A stretch of 64,000 nucleotides of DNA from an uncultured Pirellula sp. (GTDB lineage: Bacteria; Planctomycetota; Planctomycetia; Pirellulales; PNKZ01): assembly GCA_964633125.1 (NCBI GenBank), contig CAZWDN010000001.1:2827-66826 (forward strand), given 5' to 3'. How positions within the stretch are numbered: position 1 is the first letter of the stretch; each line of letters starts with the position of its first letter. The notes under the pieces are model-generated. The model had not been told where the DNA came from and did not search any database. It saw nothing but the letters and a program-made list of their open reading frames with translations. The position numbers and the translations under genes were made by a program. This document shows positions 8,316 to 17,640 of the stretch, piece by piece.

Positions 8316-8555
8316 ACGGTAGATCTTCCGGTGAAAAATTGGCGGTGAAAAAGGCGTGGAAACGTTCGCTCGGGCACCGCGCCAAAGGGCGTGGTGAGCA
8401 GCGCGCGCGGTAAGACGCCTGATTGGATAAAACCTACGTCGAAAACTGCGGGATTGCGTAGTTTACGAAACCGTTAGAGTCGCCTTGTCCGGTTCGTGTC
8501 GACCGGCGCGGTCGTAGCGATCGTAGGTGCGGGCCGACGTCGCGTACGAGGCGTT

Positions 8556-8963
8556 CTAGCTACGCGGTTGCCGAGGGATGATCCAAGCGGAGTCGTGTTT
8601 GGTCATGCCGACATGCGGATAGTAGGTCTGCGCCTTCGGGGCGGCGAGTAGGATTATCGCCGTATTCAGGCCGGCTTCCAAATGCGTCAGGCGAATGAGT
8701 TCCCGGCCTATTCCCCGCCCTTGATACGCTTCATCGACGGCTAGATCGGAGAGGTACGTGCAGAACGCAAAGTCGCTGATGGCGCGAGAGATTCCGACGA
8801 GCCGCCCCGCCTCGCGCGCCGTAACGATGATATCGGCCTTTCGCAGCATCGTTTCGATGGTCGGTCGATCATCGACGGGCCTGCGCTCGGCCAACGTGGA
8901 GCGAACGAGCACGTCGATAAATTCGTCGGCGCTGAGCTGCGGTTCGGTTTGATACTCAATCAT
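8556..8963 (-). CDS. GNAT family N-acetyltransferase
   Basis: 135 aa. The acetyl-CoA binding motif A region reads [19 protein letters not shown] (Q/R-x-x-G-x-G). Size and layout are typical of a GNAT. Confidence 0.75.
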   Translation of the reverse strand: MIEYQTEPQLSADEFIDVLVRSTLAERRPVDDRPTIETMLRKADIIVTAREAGRLVGISRAISDFAFCTYLSDLAVDEAYQGRGIGRELIRLTHLEAGLNTAIILLAAPKAQTYYPHVGMTKHDSAWIIPRQPRS

Positions 8964-9191
8964 TGGCGGCGCAATCCAACAAGTGTTGAAGGCGTTCGTT
9001 ACAAGCGTACGTCGTGGAACGCCGTTTGTCGGGCGATTGCGCTTACGCCGGTACGCCTAAAACGCCGGTGCTGATTGGGAAAACCCCTAAAACCCGTCCC
9101 GCGCAAATTCGCCCACCCGCCTGCGAAGGCTAAGATATCGGCACTCGGGACCGTTATCAGGACGGCGACATTGAAAGAGAACATCGGCTTC

Positions 9192-9527
9192 ATGATCGGC
9201 GAACGCGGTATTCATCTAAGCTCGGCGCTCGCCTTTCGATTTCCGGTCGCCGTTTTGGCGTGCCTGTTCGGCTGCAACGCACCGAGCGACGGCGCCTTGC
9301 AGGGATATGTGGAAGGGGAATACGTCTATGTCGCTTCTTCGCTGCCGGAAACCTTGAAATCGTTGCACATTTCGCGCGGCGATCAGGTTAAAGTCGACGA
9401 ACCGCTATTCGAACTCGACGATACCCCGCAAAAGGCGGCGGTGAATGAGACGCAACGCCGACTCGCCAATGCCAAGTCGACCTGGGAAGACTTAAAGAAA
9501 GGCCGCCGCCCGTCGGAGATCGCCGCG
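9192..9527 (+). pseudogene. HlyD/membrane-fusion-protein family adaptor, N-terminal fragment only
   Basis: A lipoprotein-type signal (VAVLACLFGC) is followed by the lipoyl-like segment GYVEGEYVYVASSLPETLKSLHISRGDQVKVDEPLFELDD and the start of the coiled coil (..KKGRRPSEIAA). Similarity stops abruptly near 9527. The frame then runs into unrelated lower-GC sequence and the IS element, and the rest of the adaptor is absent. Confidence 0.6.
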
Positions 9528-9754
9528 TTCAGACGGGACAACTGCCGTCAACCTCGGAATCATGGCAGTGACTTGCAAGTTAATTCTTGCAGTAACGTTT
9601 TGAATACTCATCACGCTGTCGCGATTTCCACCTCCACTCATCGTAACCCTATGAGCATCGCCACGATTCTCGATGTCGGGCGTGACGTGCCCCCACCAAA
9701 CGAGTCCGGCCGCAAGGTGATAAACTTGCGACCCTCACTGGAAGGGAGCTTGTC

Positions 9755-10033
9755 ATGGGTCGAAAGCGATTGTCTGTAGAGCAGATCATTCAGAAGCTGC
9801 GAGAAGCGGAGTTAGAGTTGGCTCGCGGTCAGACGGTGCCGCAAGTCGTGAAGAAGCTCGGCGTGACGGAGCAGACTTACTACCGCTGGCGAAAAGAATA
9901 CGGCGGGCTGCGGACGGACCAAGCGAAGCGGTTCAAGGAGCTTGAGCAAGAGAACGCCCGCTTGAAGCGGCTGTTGGCCGACACCGAACTCGATAAGGCA
10001 ATTCTGCGTGAGGCCGCCTCGGGAAACGTCTGA
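9755..10033 (+). CDS. IS3-family transposase OrfA (HTH plus leucine zipper)
   Basis: 92 aa: MGRKRLSVEQIIQKLREAE..GVTEQTYYRWRKEYGG..LEQENARLKRLLADTELDKAILREA. This is the classic IS3 OrfA pattern. Confidence 0.85.
   Translation: MGRKRLSVEQIIQKLREAELELARGQTVPQVVKKLGVTEQTYYRWRKEYGGLRTDQAKRFKELEQENARLKRLLADTELDKAILREAASGNV
10021..10027 (+). other. Candidate programmed -1 ribosomal frameshift heptamer G_GGA_AAC joining IS3 orfA to orfB
   Basis: The X_XXY_YYZ slippery sequence GGGAAAC lies 4 nt before the orfA stop. In the -1 frame the reading continues GKRLSPIGRRRVVEHVRETLGVSERRA..., the expected OrfAB junction. Confidence 0.55.
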
Positions 10034-10479
10034 GCCCGATCGGTCGGCGACGCGTCGTCGAACATGTGCGTGAGACGCTCGGCGTGAGCGAACGTCGAGC
10101 GCGTTACATGCTGGGACAGTCGCGGGCGACACAACGTCGTCCGCGACAAGTTCCCGCCGACGAACCGCGATTGGTCGGGCGGATCACGGCGCTGGCGAGC
10201 GACTACGGTCGCTACGGCTATCGCAGAATCACGGCCCTTTTACGCCGTAAAGGCTGGCGTGTGAACCATAAACGAGTCGAACGTCTTTGGCGTCGCGAGG
10301 GCTTAAAAGTGCCGCAGCGGCAGCGGAAGCGACGGCGGCTGTGGTTCAACGACGGTTCGTGCATACGACTGCGACCGAAGCATCGCGATCACGTCTGGAG
10401 CTACGACTTCGTGCAGGCCCGAACGCACGACGGTAGGTCGTTCCGAATGTTGACGGTGATCGACGAGTTCACTCGGGAA
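10021..10479 (+). pseudogene. IS3-family transposase OrfB, truncated within the integrase (DDE) core
   Basis: -1 frame relative to orfA. It contains RITALLRRKGWRVNHKRVERLWRREGL (HTH_21-like) and the start of the rve domain with the first Asp (WSYDF). Only about 140 of the expected roughly 280-300 residues are present before the sequence becomes unrelated. Confidence 0.7.
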
Positions 10480-10707
10480 CCCGATTCGAGATCGCGAGCG
10501 AAGCGAGTCGCACCGAGAATGTTTTCTACACCACGTCGCGACGCTCTTCGAGTAAATGCGTCATTGACGCACTTGCAGTCAGAAACGATGCGAAATCCCG
10601 CGACAACGTGCGAAGCCTTGCGAGTGTGATTTGAAGGGGTAGAATTGCGCACAGCCGCGGGAAATACGGTGTTTTCGCGGGACTGTCGAAGCATTTCGAC
10701 AAGCTAG

Positions 10708-10737
10708 GGATCACAGGTTCGTGTCCTGTATCGCCCA
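10708..10737 (+). other. tRNA 3'-end-like fragment (T-arm plus 3' acceptor strand), possible integration-site remnant
   Basis: The sequence GGATC ACAGG TTCGTGT CCTGT ATCGCCC A has a 5-bp T-stem, a 7-nt TTCGTGT loop, a 7-nt acceptor strand and a discriminator. No matching 5' acceptor strand (GGGCGAT), D-arm or canonical anticodon arm lies upstream, so it is not an intact tRNA gene. Confidence 0.3.
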
Positions 10738-10857
10738 TTGATTGGATTCACCGGAACCGCGCGGGACTGCGATACAAAATCGCAACTTCCGTGCGGTTTT
10801 CGCGTTTCCGGACGTCGCCTGACGCAATCCATCGTCGTCCGACGGAGCGCGGCAGGG

Positions 10858-12543
10858 TCATTTCGGGGCGGGACGTAGCTCTAACTTCCGGCCGGACCAA
10901 TAGCCGACGAGTTCGTCGCCGCGAATCCTCAGTTTCAAGTCAGTGCCTCTGTGGGCCGTGTCCCCGTTCATGGGCTTCGTCTTGTCCGACTTGTGCCCGC
11001 CCATCAGTTGCCATTGGTAAGGACACAAATAGGGATCGTTCTCATAAACCGAGCGGACGTCGAAGTATTGCTCCTGCTCCGGCGCGTCGCCGTATTTGAG
11101 CACCGCGACGAAGAAATGGGCATGCCCGCGATCGAGAAGCGACAATTCGATCGGCGCGACGTCGTCTTCGTCGCGGTACCACCGGCCGGTCCAGCGTTTG
11201 CCGGCAACGAACGTACTTCGAACGAGAGCTTCCGTTTCTTCTCTCGGCAGAATCGTCGATCGTTCGCCCGTCTCTTGCAGCGGCGCCTTGCGCTGATCGA
11301 CGTGGAATTCGTAGCCGTCCCCCGCCGAGACGATTTTCAACCAAGGCACGTCGTCCCACCCCATGGGGCCGTCGGGATCCTCGTGTTCCTTGCCGAACAG
11401 GATCGCACCATGATGATCGGCGCTGCGGACGCCGAGGTAGAGCGCCGGGAGAGCGGGCTGCGCGCCCGCTTGACGGTCGATCGCCCTAGATTCCCGCTCG
11501 ATGAAATAATACGCGTTGCGCAGCATGGGATCGTCGGTCCGTTGCACGACGGCCACGCCTTGGTACCCATATATGTAACGTCCGAAGTCGATTTCCATCC
11601 GCCACTTTTGCGGCCGACCGGAAGCGTCGGGCATCTCGAACGACACGACTTTTTTATCGAGCCGGTGAAACCCTCGGCTTAGCGCCTGCAGATTCTTAAA
11701 GGCGATTTGCTGGGCCTCCTCTTTCCATTCAAAAGCTTTCTTCGACAGAGCGGCGTAGCGGGTCGCGTATTCGTTGAATTGCGCCGATTGCAGATCGATG
11801 AGAATCGCACCGCCGGGTACGGCGTCATATTTTCGCGTCGAGAGGTCGTACTCGTCGGCGCAGCAATAATCGTTGCTCTCGTAGTTCGTCGTTCGAAAGT
11901 GTCCGTTGAGCCGATTGGTTTGGTGCGACTTCTCGCGAATCCAAGCCCGACCGTCCCCCGACACATAGCGGAATGCATAACTGTCGGCGGGCCGCACGCC
12001 TTTCAACCGAAAATCGGAAAAGACCCAGCCGAGACCTTCGCGCCGAGCTCGGCAGGTGCCGTCGAACATGCATTCGTCGCCGGTCGAGCACGCCTTACGG
12101 AACATGCGTTGCACGGGACGAGGCGGCGGTACCTCCTTCGCAAGCTTCTCGGCCAAGTCGGGCGCCGCGTGCCTCAACTCTTCCAGCGGCCGGTCCAAGG
12201 ATCTACTGATAAACTCATCCTGCCGGGCGATCTTTTGAGGATCGATTTCATAATAGATCGTGTCGCGATATTTGCCTTTCACGACGAAGTCCAAGGTCAG
12301 GACGCCGGGGTCTTTCTCCTCGGAGCCGCGAATGTCCAAGCCGACGTACTCGAAAGGCAAGTCGGCTTGCAATTCGAGCGGCTTGATTTGATCGGCCAAA
12401 CCGTACGCGTAGAAATCGGAAGGCTGCAAAAATTGCAGAGCGAAGTGACCGCCGACTCGTAAAACCAGCCCGACAAGCACCAGCCCGCCGATAAACAGCG
12501 CACTCGGTCCACGTTTCGGCGTTGCTTCGGTGACGGTCTGCAT
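10858..12543 (-). CDS. Hypothetical N-terminally membrane-anchored protein, no family recognised
   Basis: 561-aa ORF with balanced composition, whereas the overlapping opposite-strand ORFs are Arg-rich. One N-terminal hydrophobic helix (ALFIGGLVLVGLVLRVGG). I recognise no motif. Confidence 0.6.
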   Translation of the reverse strand: MQTVTEATPKRGPSALFIGGLVLVGLVLRVGGHFALQFLQPSDFYAYGLADQIKPLELQADLPFEYVGLDIRGSEEKDPGVLTLDFVVKGKYRDTIYYEIDPQKIARQDEFISRSLDRPLEELRHAAPDLAEKLAKEVPPPRPVQRMFRKACSTGDECMFDGTCRARREGLGWVFSDFRLKGVRPADSYAFRYVSGDGRAWIREKSHQTNRLNGHFRTTNYESNDYCCADEYDLSTRKYDAVPGGAILIDLQSAQFNEYATRYAALSKKAFEWKEEAQQIAFKNLQALSRGFHRLDKKVVSFEMPDASGRPQKWRMEIDFGRYIYGYQGVAVVQRTDDPMLRNAYYFIERESRAIDRQAGAQPALPALYLGVRSADHHGAILFGKEHEDPDGPMGWDDVPWLKIVSAGDGYEFHVDQRKAPLQETGERSTILPREETEALVRSTFVAGKRWTGRWYRDEDDVAPIELSLLDRGHAHFFVAVLKYGDAPEQEQYFDVRSVYENDPYLCPYQWQLMGGHKSDKTKPMNGDTAHRGTDLKLRIRGDELVGYWSGRKLELRPAPK

Positions 12544-12777
12544 CGTCGGCTCACCGACTCGGAACAGGAAAAGAAAGCTCAGGGCACGAGTAGCTTATTT
12601 CCCGCGGGCGCTACCGTCCATGGCGCCGCTCAACCGGGACGTGGCCGGAGTTGGTCCGCGGGGCTCCTCACATCCCATCCGCCACGGTTCCCATCGTGCG
12701 TGGAGAAACGGGCTGTATACTGTCGCTCCGCGGATCTACCGATTCGCGTAACCGGGAAGCCTTTGGCCGAATTTGCG

Positions 12778-14286
12778 ATGAAACGCTTCATAGCTCTCTT
12801 GGTCGCCTTATGCTGCGCCTCGGTTTGCGCCGCCGACCAGCCCCACATACTCGTCGTCCTGGCGGATGATCTCGGTTTCGGCGACCTGGGTTGCTACGGC
12901 AACGCGGACGTGAAGACCCCGCATCTCGACGCCTTCGCGCGGCAAGGCCTGCGCTTGACGCAGTGCTATTCGGCCGGGGCCAATTGCTCGCCGTCGCGGG
13001 CCGGGCTGATGACCGGGCGCACGCCGTATCGCGTCGGCGTTCATAGTCAGATTCCGTTTCTCTCGCCGATGCATCTGCCGGCTTCGGAAACGACCGTGGC
13101 AAGCTTGTTGCGCGCGGCAGGTTACGACACGTGTCAGAGCGGCAAGTGGCACCTCAACGGAATGTTCAATCTCCCGGGTCAGCCGCAGCCGGCCGATCAC
13201 GGGTTTCGTCGTTCTTTCGCCACGCAGAACAACTGTCTGCCGAATCACCGCAACCCGTACAACTTCGTGCGCGACGGCATTCCGCAAGGCCCGCTCAAAG
13301 GTTATGCGGCGCAGCTCACGGCCGACGAAGCGATCGGTTGGTTACGCCGTGAGCGGGAAGCGACGAAGCCGTTTTTTCTCTACGTCGCGTTTCACGAACC
13401 GCATGAACCGATTCGCTCCGCGCCCGAGTACGAAGCGCTATATGACTTGCCAGACGATCCGAGTCGCCGCGCTTACTTAGCCAACATCACGCAAATGGAC
13501 GCGGCCTTCGGACGCCTGATGTCGGCGCTCGACGAACTCGGCCTGTCCGACGACACGCTCGTCTGGTTCACGAGCGACAACGGCCCGGCGCGCACCAAAT
13601 GGCACGCCTCGGGTTCGACCGGCGGTTTGCGCGGCTTCAAAGGCCAACTCTGGGAAGGGGGCATTCGCGTGCCGGGGCTGATTCGATTTCCAGGTCGCGT
13701 CGCCGCCGCCCGCGAGAGCGACGTGCCGGTTTGCGGCGTCGACCTCCTGCCGACCGTCTGCGAACTGGTCGGACTCCAGCCGCCTGCCGGCGTCACGCTC
13801 GACGGTACGAGCGTCGCCCCGCTCTGGAGAGGCGACGTCGTTCGCCGCGAGAAGCCGCTGTATTGGCAATTCAATCTTGCCTCCGGCGAAGAAAAGCTGG
13901 CGCTGCGCGACGGCGATTGGAAAATCGTCGCCCGACTTTCGCTACCGTTAGGGCCGCAACGGGCCGACATCACCGCGGAAGCGATGCATGTGCTCAAGCA
14001 CGCCGAGCCGGCGTTGCCGGAGCTTTACAATCTGGCCGACGATCCGGCGGAAACTCGCAATGTGGCCGATCGCTTTCCCGAGCGCCTCGCAACGATGCGT
14101 TCGTCGCTCATCAAGGCGTTTCACGACGTCCGCCGTGAAACACCCGTTTGGCCGCGGTTCCAAGATCCGGGCTATGAAGCCCCGCGTATTCATTGGCCCG
14201 ACTACACGGCACCCCGCGGAGGTTCCGGCCATGCTTCGGATGCTCGGCGCCGCGCGACAACGGCCGGTCAGGGAACGGGCGGGTAA
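12778..14286 (+). CDS. Sulfatase (arylsulfatase A family), secreted
   Basis: Start at MKRFIALLVALCCASVCA (signal peptide). Sulfatase signature DDLGFGDLGCYGN. Formylglycine motif CSPSRAGLMTGR (C-x-P-x-R). GKWHLNG is also present. Confidence 0.85.
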   Translation: MKRFIALLVALCCASVCAADQPHILVVLADDLGFGDLGCYGNADVKTPHLDAFARQGLRLTQCYSAGANCSPSRAGLMTGRTPYRVGVHSQIPFLSPMHLPASETTVASLLRAAGYDTCQSGKWHLNGMFNLPGQPQPADHGFRRSFATQNNCLPNHRNPYNFVRDGIPQGPLKGYAAQLTADEAIGWLRREREATKPFFLYVAFHEPHEPIRSAPEYEALYDLPDDPSRRAYLANITQMDAAFGRLMSALDELGLSDDTLVWFTSDNGPARTKWHASGSTGGLRGFKGQLWEGGIRVPGLIRFPGRVAAARESDVPVCGVDLLPTVCELVGLQPPAGVTLDGTSVAPLWRGDVVRREKPLYWQFNLASGEEKLALRDGDWKIVARLSLPLGPQRADITAEAMHVLKHAEPALPELYNLADDPAETRNVADRFPERLATMRSSLIKAFHDVRRETPVWPRFQDPGYEAPRIHWPDYTAPRGGSGHASDARRRATTAGQGTGG

Positions 14287-14749
14287 TCACAACCGACGGC
14301 GGCGCTTCCGAGCAGGCGACGTTTTTACGGCTTCAACAACGAATCCTTTGCTCGCCGGCGTCCCCTCGCTTTATGATAGGAGCGGCCGCCGTTCTTTGCG
14401 ATCTTTTCGCGTAATCACTGATGAAGCCATGGGAGAGCGACTGCTCGAAATCATTTCCTCTGCGAGTTATTTTTGAGAGATCGGGTCGCATGTCGGTGCG
14501 ATGTTCATTGTTCGAAGATTCGCCCCCACACGCGTTGCCCGGCCCGGCGATTGAAACGCACAGAGACCGAATCCCAAAGACCGCATTGCGCGGGCTGGTT
14601 GCGCCGCATCGCACCTGAGCGGGCGATCCCAATCACCGCATTCATCCACGACATTACGAACTTGGTCGTTCTCACTCTTGGCAACGTGACTGATGACTCC
14701 GACTTTTGCCGCCTTCCTTGCGGCCCACTAGTTAACCCCGGTTAAACGC

Positions 14750-16018
14750 ATGATCTTACGCCGCACGTTTCTCCAAATTGCCGGTTTCGCACTTGGTGCA
14801 GGCTCCTTGCCCGCCGTCGCGAAGAACTCTCGGCCGCAGAAAACCGTTTTGCTGCAGTGCGCCTGGGCCGTCAAGAACATCGGCGACATCGGCCACACGC
14901 CCGGCACATTGCGCTTCCTCGAGCGCTACCTGCCCGAGGTGAAGGTCGTTCTTTGGGCCGCCAATACGAACGAGCAAGTCGACGCCATGCTCATGAAGCG
15001 GTTCCCGAAATTGGAGATTGTGAAGGGCTCGCTTTCACAGAAGAACGGTCCCGTGCAGGAAGCGATCCGTCGGTCTGACTTCTTCCTCCGCGGCCCCGGC
15101 ATGGGCCAGTCCACGGATTTCATGAAGTACTGCAATCAAATCGGGAAGCCCTGGGGGCTGCAGGGGCAGTCGTACTTCCCCGACATGGTCACGGGCCCCG
15201 GCGCGGAGGAACGCATCGCCCTGCTCAACAGCGCGGCTTTCATCTATTGTCGCGACTCCAAGACGCTCAAGACTCTCCAGGACGCCGGGGTGAAGCCGCC
15301 CGTGCTTGAGTTCGGCCCCGACGGTTGTTTCGGGATCGACGTTCGCGATGAAGCGAAGGCGCTTGCTCGGATGCAGAAGCACGGCCTCGAAGAAAAGAAG
15401 TTCATTACCTTGCAGCTTCGGACCCATTCGCCGAGCAGCCCCGGTGTCGACGACAAGCGTCCGCAGAAACTGAACCCGCTTCATCCCACGCCGGAAAATA
15501 TTGCTGACGACAAGCGCCGGGCGAAGGTCTATCAGGATCTCATCGCGTTGTGGGTGAGGAACACCGGCTGGAAGGTCGTCATCGCGCCGGAGGTCTACAA
15601 AGAAATGGAGTACAACAAGAAGTTCGTCTACGACCCGCTACCGGACGAGCTCAAGAAGTACGTGGTCAATTTCGACGAGTTCTGGAACGTGGACGAGGCC
15701 TGCTCCTTCTATGCGCGGGCCCACACCGTAATCTGCCACGAGCCGCACACGCCGATCATGGCATTGGCGGTCGGCACGCCGATGATGCACACTTTTTCCG
15801 AGTTTCACTCGCCGAAATGCTGGATGTTTAAGGACATCGGCCTCGAAGAGTGGGCCCCCGAGTTCGACGCCACTCCCGCCGAGAAGATGTTCGAGATCCT
15901 GGCGAGCATTCACGGCGACTATCCGGCCGCCGAAGCCAAAGTGAAAACGGCCATGGCTTACGTCGAACAGCGCGCCGCCTCCCAGATGAGCGTGCTCAAG
16001 AGCATCGTGAATGCCTGA
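14750..16018 (+). CDS. Polysaccharide pyruvyl transferase family protein with Tat-type signal
   Basis: 422 aa. N-terminal RRTFLQIAGFALGAGSLPAVA. Pyruvyl-transferase-like blocks are KNIGDIGH, FIYCRDSKTLKTLQDAGV..EFGPDGCFG and ARAHTVICHEPHTPIMALAVGTPMM. Confidence 0.55.
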   Translation: MILRRTFLQIAGFALGAGSLPAVAKNSRPQKTVLLQCAWAVKNIGDIGHTPGTLRFLERYLPEVKVVLWAANTNEQVDAMLMKRFPKLEIVKGSLSQKNGPVQEAIRRSDFFLRGPGMGQSTDFMKYCNQIGKPWGLQGQSYFPDMVTGPGAEERIALLNSAAFIYCRDSKTLKTLQDAGVKPPVLEFGPDGCFGIDVRDEAKALARMQKHGLEEKKFITLQLRTHSPSSPGVDDKRPQKLNPLHPTPENIADDKRRAKVYQDLIALWVRNTGWKVVIAPEVYKEMEYNKKFVYDPLPDELKKYVVNFDEFWNVDEACSFYARAHTVICHEPHTPIMALAVGTPMMHTFSEFHSPKCWMFKDIGLEEWAPEFDATPAEKMFEILASIHGDYPAAEAKVKTAMAYVEQRAASQMSVLKSIVNA

Positions 16019-16289
16019 AGTCGACTGACCTCGGACTTCTCCCCGCATCGAACCTCGCGACGGCGAGATCCCCCAAGGTCCATCGGGAGTTGCAGGCAAT
16101 CCGGCTGCGCGCTGCTTTGCCGGAGCCGATTACTACGCAGACATCAACGTCGTCGATGCTATTTCTGCGCCGGGAGCGAAAGTACAGTTCGTTTCTAGCA
16201 TGAAACTGGACCCGACAAGTTATGAGGGATTAGAATGGGAGGCTGCAGAATATAGTCCCCCCATGTTCCTTTTCGTCACGGAGTCGCCC

Positions 16290-16955
16290 ATGTTCCGAAC
16301 GTCGGCGTTCTTGTCAGCGGCGTTGTTCGCCGCGGTTTCCGCTGCTGCTGAGGTCGACTCCATCGACGGCTTCTATCTCGAGTCGCGCACCTGCCAGGTC
16401 TACACCGGCCCTTGCTTTGCGAATGCCGAGTTCGGCCTGACCGGCAACGACGCGATCATGGCCTGGCATATCGAAAACGGGCGGCATGTCGGAACCGATC
16501 TCGCCGGCCTGAGCGTGGTCGTCGTCGTGCATGCCGATCGGACGCTGGCTTCGGCGGGCATCGGGGACGCCGGTCAGGTGAAGTCGGTGATTTTCGTGAA
16601 CGACAAGGCCGACGCGGCGCAGCGGGAGGCGCTCGTCGATTTCGCGAAGTCGCAGATCGGCAAGGCAGGCTTGGCCGTCGTGCGCGTCGAGAGCATGCCG
16701 ATCCACATGTCGCTTGACAGGTCGACGCTCGAAGGTCGCCTCGAAGCGGGCCGAGCCGTAAAGATGGTCACGCGCAAGGCGCGTCCGGGAGATTGCATTT
16801 GCTCGAACGAGGTCGCATATTACCCGCCGCTGGCGAGCGTAACGAATTTCGTACCCGGCGTCGCGAGAGAAGCGGAGTTTTCCGGTCGCGGCCTGGGGAC
16901 TCAGTGGTCGATGCCTGACTCGCGCAGCTCCTATATGGGATTGTTCTCGTTCTAA
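16290..16955 (+). CDS. DUF1326-like protein with signal peptide
   Basis: Start set at MFRTSAFLSAALFAAVSAAA. The block YLESRTCQVYTGPCFANAEFG..AIMAWHIENG and the C-terminal ARPGDCICSNEVAYYPP fit my memory of DUF1326 (PF07040). Confidence 0.55.
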   Translation: MFRTSAFLSAALFAAVSAAAEVDSIDGFYLESRTCQVYTGPCFANAEFGLTGNDAIMAWHIENGRHVGTDLAGLSVVVVVHADRTLASAGIGDAGQVKSVIFVNDKADAAQREALVDFAKSQIGKAGLAVVRVESMPIHMSLDRSTLEGRLEAGRAVKMVTRKARPGDCICSNEVAYYPPLASVTNFVPGVAREAEFSGRGLGTQWSMPDSRSSYMGLFSF

Positions 16956-16974
16956 AGTCGGAGTTCGCACACCC

Positions 16975-17640
16975 ATGAAGACGCACCTCGGATGTTTCCT
17001 GATTGTCGCCGCGCTATCGTTCGATGGAGGCCGGGTCTCGGCGGCCGACCATCGCGTCGAACCGCTCAACGAAGCGCTTCCCGCCGACGCGGTCGCGCCT
17101 GCGATTGCGGAATTACTGAACCCGACCGGCTTCAAGGTGGTACGCGGCGAAACGCGCACGGTTTGCGACATTTGGCTCTGTAAACAGTGGGACACCGCGG
17201 CCGGCGAGCGCGCGGCGGCGGTCAACTATCCGTTTCAGCCCGGAGCGCTGATCGGCGTGGCTCGATTCACGAAAAAGGGTAGCGATTTCCGCGATCAAGA
17301 CATCGCCGAGGGCGTTTACACGCTGCGCTACGGCCAACAGCCCGTCGACGGCGCTCATGTCGGCACCTCGCCGACGCGCGACTTTCTGCTTCTTTTGCCC
17401 GCCGACCAAGACACCGCCCCCGCCGCGCCCGACTACCGCACGATGGTGACGAAGAGCGCCGAGGCGGCCGGTTCGAGCCACCCGCTGCTGCTCTCCCTGC
17501 AGCAAACAGACAGCACCGGCGGAACACTGGCCGTCCGGCATGTCGAAGAACCCGATTGGTGGATCGTCCGATTCGCCGGAAAAACGAAAGCGGCCGCGGT
17601 GGCGGTCGATTTAGTTGTCGTCGGGCACGCCGTGGAATAA
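16975..17640 (+). CDS. Hypothetical secreted protein
   Basis: 221 aa with signal peptide MKTHLGCFLIVAALSFDGGRVSA. It starts 19 nt after the DUF1326 gene, and its stop overlaps the next start (TAATG). No family recognised. Confidence 0.55.
   Translation: MKTHLGCFLIVAALSFDGGRVSAADHRVEPLNEALPADAVAPAIAELLNPTGFKVVRGETRTVCDIWLCKQWDTAAGERAAAVNYPFQPGALIGVARFTKKGSDFRDQDIAEGVYTLRYGQQPVDGAHVGTSPTRDFLLLLPADQDTAPAAPDYRTMVTKSAEAAGSSHPLLLSLQQTDSTGGTLAVRHVEEPDWWIVRFAGKTKAAAVAVDLVVVGHAVE

Larger units (their letters stand above)
9683..10480 (+). mobile_element. IS3-family insertion sequence remnant (left end, orfA and 5' part of orfB; 3'-truncated)
   Basis: The left terminus TGACGTGCCCCC lies at 9683, 72 nt upstream of orfA (IS3-family ends begin with TG). 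orfA is followed by an orfB in the -1 frame. orfB similarity ends inside the DDE/rve core (..HVWSYDFV..RMLTVIDEFTRE) at about 10479. I found no right inverted repeat. Confidence 0.75.

Noticed and set aside
9528-9682. Lower-GC 155-bp stretch between the HlyD break point and the IS3 left end. It includes a 39-aa minus-strand ORF (MSIQNVTARINLQVTAMIPRL...) and a CTTGCAAG..CTTGCAG repeat.
   Set aside because: It is too short and featureless to call a gene or a second mobile-element end. It is noted only as part of the scar.
10664-10737. Intact tRNA gene ending at the T-arm/acceptor-like sequence.
   Set aside because: The required 5' acceptor strand GGGCGAT is absent. The upstream GTCGAA-GCAT-TTCGAC hairpin has a 4-6-nt loop rather than a 7-nt anticodon loop. 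I kept it only as a low-confidence tRNA-fragment feature.
14287-14749. Small ORFs in the 463-bp gap upstream of the pyruvyl-transferase-like gene (14333-14632(-), 14421-14618(+), 14473-14745(+)).
   Set aside because: They overlap each other and have no motifs and odd composition. I treat the region as non-coding leader.
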